A model generated the notes under the pieces. That model was not told where the DNA came from. It saw only the letters and a program-made list of their open reading frames with translations, and searched no databases. Below are positions 38,197-48,875 of a stretch of DNA of 64,000 nucleotides, piece by piece (positions within the stretch are counted from its first letter, which is position 1; each line of letters opens with the position of its first letter). The DNA lies in contig DATISF010000064.1 of assembly GCA_035468985.1 (NCBI GenBank), forward strand, positions 225-64,224, given 5' to 3'. The position numbers were made by a program, and so were the translations under genes. Source of the DNA: Thermoanaerobaculia bacterium (GTDB lineage Bacteria > Acidobacteriota > Thermoanaerobaculia > Gp7-AA8).

Positions 38197-40109
38197 TGCG
38201 CAGAAGCCTGCTGGCTCTCGCGCTGTTCACCGCCACCGCACTTCTCGCCGCCCCTCCGGCGAATCTCGTCGTCGAGAACGTTCCCGACTTTCCTCCCGAC
38301 CTGGTCGAGAAGGTGCGGCCGTATCTCGACTTCCGCACCGCGAACCTCGAGGACTGGAATCCCGTGCGCGCCGAGGCGCTGATCTCGACGCGGTTCGGCG
38401 AGGCGACGCAGCTTCACATCGTCAAGATGCCGGGCGGCGCGCGCAAACAGATCACGTTCTTCCGCGACCGCGTGGCCGGGGGCGGTTTCCGCCCGCACGA
38501 CGGGAACACGATCATCGTGCAGAAGGACATCGGCGGGAACGAGTTCTTCCAGATCTACCGGCTCGATGTTCCCACCGGCGACCTCACGCTGATCACAGAC
38601 GGGAAGTCGCGCAATCTCGCCAGCGCCTGGTCGCGCGACGGGAAGTGGCTCGCGTACTCCTCGGCGAAGCGGAACGGAAACGACACCGACATCTGGATCG
38701 TCGATCCGTCGAATCGGCAGAGCGCGCGGATGGCGATGCAGGTCGAGGGCGGCGGGTGGGAGGCGACGGATTTTTCGCGCGACAACTCGAAAATCCTCGT
38801 GACCAACGGGATTTCTGCGAACGAAACGCAGTTGTATCTCGTAGACGTGGCTACCGGAACGAAAACGCTGCTGACGCCCAAGCGCGATGTGCCTGTTGCG
38901 TATTCATCCGCCCGCTTCTCGGCGGATGACGGCGATCTCTACTTCACCTCCGATGAAGGATCGGAGTTCCAGCAGCTCGTTCGCATGCATCTGGCCGACG
39001 GCTCGAAGCAGGTCATCACCCACGAGAAGTGGGACGTCGACTTCTTCACCCTCGACGAGTCGCGCAAGCGCGTCGCCTACGTCACGAATGAGAACGGCGC
39101 GGGCGTTCTGCACGTCATCGACATCAGCGGCCGCGAGCTCCTCCGGCCGAAGCTGCCCTACGCGGTCGTCCGCGACCTTCGCTGGCACCCGAACGGCCAC
39201 CTCCTCGGATTCAGCATGCAGTCGGCGAAATCGCCGACCGATGTCTATGCGCTCAACGTCGACACCGGGGCGGTGGAGCGCTGGACTGAGAGCGAGACCG
39301 GCGGCTTGAATCCGGAGCGCAACGCCGATCCGCAGCTGGTGACGATGAAGAGCTTCGACGGGACGCAGATCTCGGCCTTCGTCTACCGGCCCGAGCCGAT
39401 GAAGTTCCCCGGCAAGCGCCCGTCGATTCTCATCATCCACGGCGGGCCGGAAGGGCAGACCCAGCCCAATTTTCTCGGCCGGAGCAATTACTGGATCAAC
39501 GAGCTCGGGATCGCGCTCGTGTACCCGAACGTCCGCGGGTCGACGGGATACGGCAAGACGTACCTGGCCATGGACAACGGCTTCAAGCGCGAAGACACGG
39601 TGAAGGACATCGGCACGGTGATCAACTGGATCAAGAGCGATCCGGCACTGGATCCCGATCGCATTGCCGTGTACGGCGGCAGCTACGGCGGTTACATGAC
39701 GCTGGCCACGATGACGCATTACAACAGTGACCTGCGCGCGGCGGTCGACGTCGTCGGGATCTCGAATTTCCTGACATTCCTGCAGAACACGTCCGGCTAC
39801 CGGCGCGATCTGCGGCGCGTCGAGTATGGCGACGAGCGCGATCCGAAGATGCACGACTTCCTCCAGCAGATCTCACCGCTGACCAGCGCCTCGAAGATCA
39901 CCAGGCCGCTGTTCGTGATCGCCGGATTCAACGATCCGCGCGTGCCGTGGACCGAAGGGCAGCAGATCGTGCAGACCGTGCGCGCGAGCGGTGCGCCGGT
40001 CTGGTGGCTGATGGCGAAGGACGAGGGTCACGGATTCGCAAAGAGAAGCAATCAGGATTATCAGTTCCTGGCGATGACGGAGTTCTGGGAACAATACCTG
40101 CTGCACTAG
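38193..40109 (+). CDS. Peptidase S9 (prolyl oligopeptidase family) with N-terminal beta-propeller
   Basis: GGSYGGYM nucleophile motif, C-terminal D/H, signal peptide. Confidence 0.8.
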   Translation: MMRRSLLALALFTATALLAAPPANLVVENVPDFPPDLVEKVRPYLDFRTANLEDWNPVRAEALISTRFGEATQLHIVKMPGGARKQITFFRDRVAGGGFRPHDGNTIIVQKDIGGNEFFQIYRLDVPTGDLTLITDGKSRNLASAWSRDGKWLAYSSAKRNGNDTDIWIVDPSNRQSARMAMQVEGGGWEATDFSRDNSKILVTNGISANETQLYLVDVATGTKTLLTPKRDVPVAYSSARFSADDGDLYFTSDEGSEFQQLVRMHLADGSKQVITHEKWDVDFFTLDESRKRVAYVTNENGAGVLHVIDISGRELLRPKLPYAVVRDLRWHPNGHLLGFSMQSAKSPTDVYALNVDTGAVERWTESETGGLNPERNADPQLVTMKSFDGTQISAFVYRPEPMKFPGKRPSILIIHGGPEGQTQPNFLGRSNYWINELGIALVYPNVRGSTGYGKTYLAMDNGFKREDTVKDIGTVINWIKSDPALDPDRIAVYGGSYGGYMTLATMTHYNSDLRAAVDVVGISNFLTFLQNTSGYRRDLRRVEYGDERDPKMHDFLQQISPLTSASKITRPLFVIAGFNDPRVPWTEGQQIVQTVRASGAPVWWLMAKDEGHGFAKRSNQDYQFLAMTEFWEQYLLH

Positions 40110-40118
40110 CTGATCATC

Positions 40119-40574
40119 ATGAGCCGTACGAAATGGATTCTCCTCGTCATCGTTGCCGTGTTCATGGTCATACAGGTCGTCCGGCCTGACCTGACGAACC
40201 CGCCCGTCAACCCGCGAAACGCGATCCAGAACGTGCCGCCGAACGTGCAGGCGATCCTGCAGCGCTCCTGCTACGACTGCCATTCGAGTCAGACGCGCTG
40301 GCCGTGGTACGCACAGGTCGCGCCGCTGTCGTGGCTGCTCAAGCACGACGTCGACGAAGGGCGCCAGGAACTGTCGTTCTCCGAGTTCGCGACGTACTCG
40401 CCGAAGAAAGCCGCGCGAAAGATGCAGAAGGCGTGTGAGGAAGTGAAGGGAGGGGACATGCCGCTGATGCAGTACCTGCCGCTGCATCCGGACGCCAGGC
40501 TCTCCGACGCGGACCGTCAGACGCTCTGCACGTGGGCGACGGCCGAGCAACAGCGGCTCGTGGCGGCCCGCTGA
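40119..40574 (+). CDS. Haem-binding domain protein (CxxCH-like CYDCHS), membrane anchored
   Basis: N-terminal TM, CYDCHS motif. Confidence 0.6.
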   Translation: MSRTKWILLVIVAVFMVIQVVRPDLTNPPVNPRNAIQNVPPNVQAILQRSCYDCHSSQTRWPWYAQVAPLSWLLKHDVDEGRQELSFSEFATYSPKKAARKMQKACEEVKGGDMPLMQYLPLHPDARLSDADRQTLCTWATAEQQRLVAAR

Positions 40575-40576
40575 GC

Positions 40577-42022
40577 TTGTTCTCCAACGCGTTGCTGACC
40601 GACCTCTACGAGCTGACCATGGCCTTCGGCTATTGGCGCGTCGGGAAGCATCGCGACGAAGCGGTCTTCCATCTGTTCTTTCGCGAGGAGCCGTTCGACG
40701 GCGGATACGCGATTGCCGCCGGACTGGCCGATGCGATCCGATATCTCGAATCGCTGCGCTTCAACGGCGACGATCTCGAGTACCTGCGCGCCCAGACCGG
40801 CAACGACAGCAAGCCGTTGTTCGCGCCGGAGTTCCTCGATTACCTGAGGAACATGCACCTCACCTGCGACGTCGACGCCGTTCCCGAAGGGACGGTGGTC
40901 TTCGCCGGGGAGCCGCTGGTGCGCGTGCGCGGGCCGATCGACCAATCCCAGATCGTCGAGTCGGCGCTGCTGAAGATCATCAACTTCCAGACGCTCGTCG
41001 CCACCAAGACCGCGCGCATCGTCTTCGCGGCCAAGGGCGATCCGGTCATCGACTTCGGACTCCGCCGCGCGCAGGGGGATGACGGCGCGATCGCCGCAAC
41101 GCGCGCCGCGTACATCGGAGGTGCCGACAGCACTTCGAACGTTCTCGCGGGCGCGCAACTCGGCATTCCGACGAAGGGAACGCATGCCCACAGCTGGGTG
41201 ATGTCGTTCGACAGCGAGCGCGAAGCGTTCGAGGCCTGGGCCGAGGCGCTGCCGAACAACGTGCTGCTGCTGGTCGATACGTACAACACGCTCCATGGTG
41301 TGAAGACCGCGATCGAAGTCGGAAAGGAATTGCGCAAACGCGGGCGGGAGTTCATGGGCATCCGCCTCGACTCCGGCGATCTGGCGTATCTGTCGATCGA
41401 AGCGCGGAAGATGCTCGACGCCGCCGGCTTCCCGAATGCCTCGATCGCCGCCAGCAACGAGCTCGACGAGCATGTGATCACGAGCCTCAAGGATCAGAAC
41501 GCGAAGATCAACTTATGGGGCGTCGGCACCCGCCTCATCACCGCCTACGACCAGCCCGCCCTCGGCGGCGTGTACAAGCTGGGCGCGTTGCGGCGCGCCG
41601 GCGGGCAGTGGGAGCATCGCATCAAGGTCTCCGAGCAGGCCTCCAAGATCACCACGCCGGGATCGTTGCAGGTGCGGCGTTTCTTCTCCGGCAACGAAGC
41701 GGCCGGCGACATGGTCTGGGATGAGCTGATCGGCGATCCGTCGCGAACGATCGTCGATCCGGCCGACCTGACGCGGCGGAAGTCGTTCGCAGGCGATGCG
41801 CCTCACGAGGATCTGCTCGTGCCGGTGTTCCGCTCCGGAAAGCGCGTCTACAATCCTCCGTCGCTCGGCGACATCCGCGCCCGGCGCGAGCGCGACTTCG
41901 CCCGCTTCCACGATGGCATCAAGCGCTTCGTGAATCCGCATCGATACCCGGTCGGACTGGAGCAGAAACTGTTCGATCTCAGGACGCAGCTCGTTCTGCA
42001 GGCGCGCGGCGCGGCAGTGTGA
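40577..42022 (+). CDS. pncB: Nicotinate phosphoribosyltransferase
   Basis: LLTDLYELTMAFGYW N-terminal signature; TTG 40577 start proposed immediately after upstream stop. Confidence 0.75.
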   Translation: MFSNALLTDLYELTMAFGYWRVGKHRDEAVFHLFFREEPFDGGYAIAAGLADAIRYLESLRFNGDDLEYLRAQTGNDSKPLFAPEFLDYLRNMHLTCDVDAVPEGTVVFAGEPLVRVRGPIDQSQIVESALLKIINFQTLVATKTARIVFAAKGDPVIDFGLRRAQGDDGAIAATRAAYIGGADSTSNVLAGAQLGIPTKGTHAHSWVMSFDSEREAFEAWAEALPNNVLLLVDTYNTLHGVKTAIEVGKELRKRGREFMGIRLDSGDLAYLSIEARKMLDAAGFPNASIAASNELDEHVITSLKDQNAKINLWGVGTRLITAYDQPALGGVYKLGALRRAGGQWEHRIKVSEQASKITTPGSLQVRRFFSGNEAAGDMVWDELIGDPSRTIVDPADLTRRKSFAGDAPHEDLLVPVFRSGKRVYNPPSLGDIRARRERDFARFHDGIKRFVNPHRYPVGLEQKLFDLRTQLVLQARGAAV

Positions 42023-43178
42023 GAACGGCGATCGCCGCGACGACGGCGAGAGCGGCGCCGACGGCAAATGCCGCCCAATGCGAGTAGTGCTCGTAAAGCT
42101 CGCCGAAAATCACCGATCCGACCAGCACGCCCATGCCGCTGACGAGGTAATAGATTCCGAAGCTCTTGCCGCGTGCGGCGGCAGGGACGAGATCGGCGAT
42201 CAGCGCGCGCTCCGCTCCCTCGAAGAACACGAACGGGAGGGCGTAAAAGATGAACAGTGCGAAAAATGACCAGACGCTGCGCGCCGCGGGGAAGAAGAAG
42301 TAGGTCACCGCGTAGAGCAGCCATCCGACGGCGATGAGATAGCGCCTCTCGACGCGATCCGAGAGCGCGCCCGCCGGCGTCGAGAGGAGCGACTTCACGA
42401 CGTGATGCGCCGACCAGAGCAGCGGCAGCATTGCCGTGGACACGCCTGCCGTGTGCGCCTGCAGCAGAAGAAAAGCATCGCTGGAGTTGGCGAGTGAGAA
42501 GAGGGCGATGGCGGTGATGACATGCCAGAAAGGGGAGCCGAGTGGAGCGGCGGCTTTCGCCGGACCTGCCACCGGCTGAAGCCGGGACTCCATGCCCCGT
42601 TCCGGTTCTTTCAGCGCCACCAGAATCAGCACCACCGCAATCGCTCCAGGAATCACGGCGATGTAGAACATGTGGCGCAACGGGACGCCGAGGCCGCTGA
42701 GCAGGAGCGTGGCCAGCAAAGGGCCGGCGACCGCGCCCGTGTGGTCCATCGCCCGGTGAAAGCCGTACGCGCGTCCGCGCTGCTCGGGCGGTGTGACGTC
42801 GGAGATCATCGCGTCGCGCGGCGCGGAACGGATCCCTTTGCCGGAACGGTCGATCAGGCGCGCGGTCAGGACGGCGACCCACGACCAGGCTCCGCCGATC
42901 AATGCGCGCGATCCCGCCGCCAGCGCATATCCTGTCGCGATCAGTGGCTTCCGATGCCGGGCGCGGTCGGACCACGCGCCCGCTCCATATTTGAGGATCG
43001 ACGCCAGGGCGTCGGCCGCACCTTCGATGAAACCGACGATCACCGGCGTGGCCCCGAGAGTCGTGGTAATGAACACAGGCAACAGCGGATAGATCATCTC
43101 GCTCGCGGAATCGTTCAGCAGAGAGACGAATCCGAGGAGGATGACCTGAGGCTGGAGCTTGCGTGACTGCGGCGCCAT
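41979..43178 (-). CDS. MFS transporter
   Basis: 12-TM pattern, GxLaDrxGrR-like loop (WSDRARHRKP). Confidence 0.75.
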   Translation of the reverse strand: MAPQSRKLQPQVILLGFVSLLNDSASEMIYPLLPVFITTTLGATPVIVGFIEGAADALASILKYGAGAWSDRARHRKPLIATGYALAAGSRALIGGAWSWVAVLTARLIDRSGKGIRSAPRDAMISDVTPPEQRGRAYGFHRAMDHTGAVAGPLLATLLLSGLGVPLRHMFYIAVIPGAIAVVLILVALKEPERGMESRLQPVAGPAKAAAPLGSPFWHVITAIALFSLANSSDAFLLLQAHTAGVSTAMLPLLWSAHHVVKSLLSTPAGALSDRVERRYLIAVGWLLYAVTYFFFPAARSVWSFFALFIFYALPFVFFEGAERALIADLVPAAARGKSFGIYYLVSGMGVLVGSVIFGELYEHYSHWAAFAVGAALAVVAAIAVLTLPRRAPAERAAS

Positions 43179-43213
43179 GGCTTTAATGTCGCGCGATTCT
43201 GAGGAGAGAACGA

Positions 43214-44091
<878 letters not shown>

Positions 44092-44101
<10 letters not shown>

Positions 44102-44158
44102 GCCGCGAAGACAGCGAAGGATCTCGTCGACGAGATCCTTCGCTCCGCTCAGCATGAC
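44092..44158. repeat. REP-like element copy H (supplies the hbd stop codon)
   Basis: CGTCATCCTGAGCCGCGAAGACAGCGAAGGATCTCGTCGACGAGATCCTTCGCTCCGCTCAGCATGAC. Confidence 0.85.
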
Positions 44159-44164
44159 GGAGGG

Positions 44165-44953
44165 ATGAAGATGACTTACGAAAATCTGAGAACCGAAACC
44201 CGCGACAGCATCCTGTTCGTCACAATCGACCGTCCCAAGGTGCTCAACGCGCTCAACGCGAAGACCGTCGAAGAGATTGGGCGCGTGTTCGACGAGGCGC
44301 GTGACAATGACACCATCCGCGTGGTGATCGTGACCGGCGCTGGCGAGAAGGCATTCGTCGCCGGCGCGGACATCAACGAGCTGGCGACGCTTTCGCCGAT
44401 CTCCGGAAAATTCGTTTCCGAGCAGGGCCAGAGCGTCTTCACGCAAATCGAACGCTTCTCGAAACCCGTCATCGCCGCCATCAACGGCTTCGCCCTCGGC
44501 GGCGGATGCGAACTGGCGCTGGCCTGTCACATCCGCATCGCCTCGGAGAAGGCCCAGATCGGATTGCCCGAGGTCAGCCTCGGCATCATTCCGGGATATG
44601 GCGGAACGCAGCGGATGGCGCGTCTCCTCGGCAAGGGGAAGGCATTCGAGCTCGTCTGTTCCGCCGAGCGGGTCAACGCCGCGGAGGCGGAGCGGATCGG
44701 CCTCGTCAACAAGGTCGTCCCCGCCGACCAGCTGATGAGCGCGGCCGAGGAGATGGCGAAGAAGATCGCGTCGAGGTCGCCGGTGGCCGTACGCGCTGCG
44801 ATCGAGGCCATCAACTCCGGCAGCGACATGCCGCTCGACGAGGGGCAGCTTCTCGAGGCGACGCTTTTCGGTCTCCTGTGCGCGTCCGAGGACATGAAGG
44901 AAGGGATGGCTGCGTTCCTGGAGAAGAGGCCGGCGAAGTTTCCGGGGAAGTAA
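44165..44953 (+). CDS. crt: Enoyl-CoA hydratase (crotonase)
   Basis: Crotonase fold, GGGCELAL motif. Confidence 0.8.
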   Translation: MKMTYENLRTETRDSILFVTIDRPKVLNALNAKTVEEIGRVFDEARDNDTIRVVIVTGAGEKAFVAGADINELATLSPISGKFVSEQGQSVFTQIERFSKPVIAAINGFALGGGCELALACHIRIASEKAQIGLPEVSLGIIPGYGGTQRMARLLGKGKAFELVCSAERVNAAEAERIGLVNKVVPADQLMSAAEEMAKKIASRSPVAVRAAIEAINSGSDMPLDEGQLLEATLFGLLCASEDMKEGMAAFLEKRPAKFPGK

Positions 44954-44998
44954 TGGAGCCGGCTTCAGCCGGTGCTCCATCGAAGTAAACTGGCCCCA

Positions 44999-46261
44999 AT
45001 GGAAGACCTCGAGAGCCTCATTTACGATTGGAACCTCGCTGTCGAGCAGCCGATGCGGCCGGCTCGACGTGTCGAGTTCGACGACGAGACTCTGCGCGAC
45101 GGTCTGCAGTCGCCTTCCGTCACCGATCCGAAGCTCGACGAGAAGATCCGCATCCTGCATTTCATGAATGCGATCGGCATCGACAACGCCGATATCGGTC
45201 TGCCCGGCGCCGGACCGCACGTGCAGAAGACAGTGGAGGCGCTGGCGCGGGAGATCGTCGACAACAAGCTGTCGGTCTATCCGAGCGCCGCGGGCCGCAC
45301 TCACGAGAACGACATCAAGCCGATCATCGAGATATCCGATCGCGTCGGCATCCGTCTCGAAGCCGATCTTTTCATCGGTTCTTCACCGATCCGCCAGTTC
45401 ACGGAGGAGTGGGACATCGACTGGATCATCGAGCAGTCGGTGAAAGCGGTGCGCTTCGCGACCGAGCACGACATCCCGGTGATGTACGTGACCGAGGATA
45501 CGACGCGCGCGAAGCCCGAGGACGTCGAGAAGCTTTACACGGCGGCGATCGATGCCGGAGCGAAACGCATCTGTATCGCCGACACGGTCGGCCACGCCAC
45601 GCCGTGGGGTACACGCAATCTCGTTCACTTCGTCCGATGTCTCGTGGATCGCCTCAACCCGGCGGTGAAGATCGACTGGCACGGGCATCAGGACCGGGCG
45701 CTGGGGATCATCAACTGCATCGCCGCGCTCGAAGCGGGTGCGGATCGCGTTCACGGAACGGCGTCGGGGATCGGCGAGCGCGTGGGAAACACGCCGATCG
45801 ATTTGCTGATGGTCAACCTGAAGCTGATGGGATGGATCGACAACGACCTGCGGCAGCTCCCCGACTATGTCCGATTCGTGACAACGGCTACGCATGTCCC
45901 GATGCCGGACAACTATCCTGTGTTCGGCCGGGATGCCTTCCGCACGGGCACCGGGGTTCACGCGGCCGCGATCATCAAGGCCCGGAAGAAGGGGAGTGAA
46001 TGGCTGGCGGACCGGGTTTACTCGGGCGTGCCCGCGGGCATGTTCGGACTGCAGCAGGTCATCGAAGTCGGTCCGATGTGCGGTCTTTCGAATGTGATCT
46101 ACTGGCTGGCGGCTCACGGGTATCCGCAGGAAGAGTCACTGGCCAAGGAGATTTTTCAACTCGCCAAATCAACCAGCAGGGTCCTGACCGACGACGAGCT
46201 GAACTCAGCCGTACAACGTTGGCAGGAGAAGAAGCACACGCCTGCCCGAGTGGCGAAATAG
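44999..46261 (+). CDS. HMGL-like DRE-TIM metallolyase family protein (HMG-CoA lyase/2-isopropylmalate synthase-like)
   Basis: LRDGLQS motif; start set at ATG 44999 outside hairpin repeat. Confidence 0.6.
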   Translation: MEDLESLIYDWNLAVEQPMRPARRVEFDDETLRDGLQSPSVTDPKLDEKIRILHFMNAIGIDNADIGLPGAGPHVQKTVEALAREIVDNKLSVYPSAAGRTHENDIKPIIEISDRVGIRLEADLFIGSSPIRQFTEEWDIDWIIEQSVKAVRFATEHDIPVMYVTEDTTRAKPEDVEKLYTAAIDAGAKRICIADTVGHATPWGTRNLVHFVRCLVDRLNPAVKIDWHGHQDRALGIINCIAALEAGADRVHGTASGIGERVGNTPIDLLMVNLKLMGWIDNDLRQLPDYVRFVTTATHVPMPDNYPVFGRDAFRTGTGVHAAAIIKARKKGSEWLADRVYSGVPAGMFGLQQVIEVGPMCGLSNVIYWLAAHGYPQEESLAKEIFQLAKSTSRVLTDDELNSAVQRWQEKKHTPARVAK

Positions 46262-46330
46262 GCAGACGCAGCAGACTCAAAATCTGCCGCCCTTCGGGGC
46301 ATGCCGGTTCGAGTCCGGCCTCGGGCACCA
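46244..46330 (+). tRNA. tRNA-Leu (anticodon CAA)
   Basis: GCCCGAG acceptor, 3-bp D stem, anticodon loop CTCAAAA, long variable arm, T-loop GGTTCGAGTCC, 3' CTCGGGCACCA. Confidence 0.85.
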
Positions 46331-46335
46331 ACACT

Positions 46336-48855
46336 ATGCGACGAATCCTGACCGCCGTTCTCTTCCTCTGGGCGACTGCCGCGTTCGGTGTTTGGACTCC
46401 GGCAGTGGAGCCCCGGCTTCAGCCGGAGAAACAAACACCGGCTGAAGCCGGTGCTCCATACCGCTATTTCATCCTGACGCCGGCGCGTCTTCTCAACGAG
46501 CAGGAGCAGGCGGACCTCGCGTCGCGCGGACTGCTGGTCCAGGGCGCGCTGACGGGCCATCGCTATCTCGTCCGGATGTCGAAGGACGCGACGGTGGCTG
46601 ACGATGATCCGCGCATCGCGTCGCTCACGCCGCTCACCGCCGACCGGAAGTTGCATCGCTCGGCCGTTCGTGAAGTGGCCAGCGGCAAGCCGGTCGCCCG
46701 GCTGTCGATTCTTTTCCAGGACGAGGTGTCATTCGCCGAGGCGAAGGCGGCGATCGAGGCGGCCGGCGGAACGCTCGTCGATCCGCTGCAGACCGGCTTT
46801 CAGTTTCCGCGGCGGATCTCCGCGCGCATCGCCTCGACGTCCGTCGCACAGCTTGCGGCGGACGAGCGGGTGCTCGTCGTGTACGGTCCGCTCAACCTTC
46901 GCCCGATCGCGCACAATGCGAATTCGGCGTTGTTGTCGAACGTCACCCCGCTCTACACCGATCCGTACAACCTCACCGGCCAGGGAGTGGTGCTGTCGAC
47001 CTTCGAGCTCGCCGCGGCCGACGCGTCGCATCGAGAATTCGGCGGCCGCCTGATCGTCCACACGCCGTTCAGCGGGAACGCCAGCAGCGACATCGATCAC
47101 GCAACCCACACCGCCGGAACGATGATCGCCGCCGGAGTCGATCCGAACGCGAAAGGCATGGCGCCATCGGCAACACTGCACGAATACGACGCCAATGACG
47201 CAGATGCGTTTCCCGCGTCGGCCTCGAACCTCTCGGCCGTGGCCAGCAACAACTCGTGGGGCTACATCCTCGGCTGGTGCAACACGGGAAAGTGCGCGCC
47301 GTGGACCTGGGAAGAGGACACCGAAATCTACTACGGCAACTACGACATGCTCACGAACGCGCCGCTGGACAGGCTGACGCGATCCGAGGGCATTCTCTTC
47401 GTCCATTCAGCGGGCAACGACGCGGGGAAGATCGGTCCCGGGTTCGCACCGTTCTCGCACTCGCACCAGGGATTCGATGGAACCATCACCTCCGGCTATT
47501 GCTACTCCGTCGATGGCAGCGGCAACGACTGCCCGGCGCCCACGTGCAAGTCGGGGCCGACATTCTGTGAGACCACGAGGCATCCGCAGATCTCGAGCAT
47601 TCTTCCCGCGCCGTGGGTTTCCGTGGGGCTCACCGCCTCGGCGAAGAACGTGATCGCTGTCGGCGCCGTGGACATCTCCAAGCAGCTTGCGAACTTCAGC
47701 TCCCGCGGTCCGGCACGCGACGGCCGTGTGAAGCCGGATCTCGTCGCGCGCGGCATCAACGTCTATTCGACGATTCAGAACAATCAGTACACAGCCGGAC
47801 CCGTTCCCGGCAATGGCACGTCGATGGCTGCACCCGTGATCACCGGCGTCTCCGCGCTTCTGGTCGAGCAGTGGCGCCGCACGTTCGGCGGGCAGAACCC
47901 GACGCCGGCCATCCTCAAAACACTCATGATCGCCACGGCCGAGGATCTCGGGAATCGGGGGCCGGATTACGCATACGGCTTCGGGCTTCTGAACGCGAAG
48001 GCGGCGGTCGACACGATCATCGCCGACGGCGGGCAGCAGCGGCGCATCGTGACGAAGCCGGTTGCGACGGGCGACAAGATCGAGATTCCGGTCAGCCTCA
48101 GCACGGCCCAGAACCTGCGCGTGGTCCTCGGCTGGAGCGATCCGGAAGTGCTGACGTTCCCGGTCGATTCCGGCGATCCGAACGATCCGGTCGCCGCGGC
48201 CACGCTGGTCAACGATCTCGATCTGAAGGTGATCGATGCCAGCGGCAACGACGTTCTGCCGTATGTTCTCGATCCCAAGAATCCGAACGCGGCGGCGACG
48301 CATGGGGTCAATCACATCGACAACACCGAAGAGGTGGAGATCGCGGGAGCGCCGGCCGGCACTTACAAGATCGTGGTGACCGGAACGAGCGTCACGGCAA
48401 GCTCGCCGCAGACATTCGTGGTCGTCGCGAACGCCGAGCTGGGTGTCACCCAGCAGCCATGCACCGAGCCGTTCGGTCCGACCAGCACACCCGATACGGC
48501 GTACGGCAATCTGGTTTCCACGCAGATGATCACCGGCAGGACGTGCCAAACGACCGACGTCGATTACTTCAAGTTCGCGGTCGACCGGCCGGGCCCGGTC
48601 AGCGTCACGGTCGCGGCCACCGATACGCCGCTGCGGGTGACGCTCACCAGCGCCGCGACCCAGTCGGTCACCGTCGATGTTCCGGCGGGGACGACGCAGA
48701 CGATCACGACCCCCTTTACTGGAACGACGGCGACGACGTTCTTCGCCCGGATCGAGCCGACCGGCACGATCGGTGTTTCGGCGCGCTACTCGATCACGCC
48801 GTCGTTCTCGTACGCACAGCACGGGCGGCGGCGGGCGGTGAGACGGGCGCATTGA
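46336..48855 (+). CDS. Secreted subtilisin-family serine protease (S8) with C-terminal beta-sandwich domains
   Basis: DHATHTAGT, GTSMAAPVITG catalytic motifs. Confidence 0.85.
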   Translation: MRRILTAVLFLWATAAFGVWTPAVEPRLQPEKQTPAEAGAPYRYFILTPARLLNEQEQADLASRGLLVQGALTGHRYLVRMSKDATVADDDPRIASLTPLTADRKLHRSAVREVASGKPVARLSILFQDEVSFAEAKAAIEAAGGTLVDPLQTGFQFPRRISARIASTSVAQLAADERVLVVYGPLNLRPIAHNANSALLSNVTPLYTDPYNLTGQGVVLSTFELAAADASHREFGGRLIVHTPFSGNASSDIDHATHTAGTMIAAGVDPNAKGMAPSATLHEYDANDADAFPASASNLSAVASNNSWGYILGWCNTGKCAPWTWEEDTEIYYGNYDMLTNAPLDRLTRSEGILFVHSAGNDAGKIGPGFAPFSHSHQGFDGTITSGYCYSVDGSGNDCPAPTCKSGPTFCETTRHPQISSILPAPWVSVGLTASAKNVIAVGAVDISKQLANFSSRGPARDGRVKPDLVARGINVYSTIQNNQYTAGPVPGNGTSMAAPVITGVSALLVEQWRRTFGGQNPTPAILKTLMIATAEDLGNRGPDYAYGFGLLNAKAAVDTIIADGGQQRRIVTKPVATGDKIEIPVSLSTAQNLRVVLGWSDPEVLTFPVDSGDPNDPVAAATLVNDLDLKVIDASGNDVLPYVLDPKNPNAAATHGVNHIDNTEEVEIAGAPAGTYKIVVTGTSVTASSPQTFVVVANAELGVTQQPCTEPFGPTSTPDTAYGNLVSTQMITGRTCQTTDVDYFKFAVDRPGPVSVTVAATDTPLRVTLTSAATQSVTVDVPAGTTQTITTPFTGTTATTFFARIEPTGTIGVSARYSITPSFSYAQHGRRRAVRRAH
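46405..46459. repeat. Inverted pair of family-2 hairpin elements inserted in frame in S8 protease N-terminus
   Basis: TGGAGCCCCGGCTTCAGCCGGAG...CACCGGCTGAAGCCGGTGCTCCA. Confidence 0.8.
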
Positions 48856-48875
48856 GCGTGGTCTAATCTCGCGCA

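Noticed and set aside
44972-44998. GTG start at 44972 for the HMGL-like gene
   Set aside because: It would place the first 9 codons inside the family-2 hairpin repeat. ATG at 44999 (MEDLESL) is more plausible.
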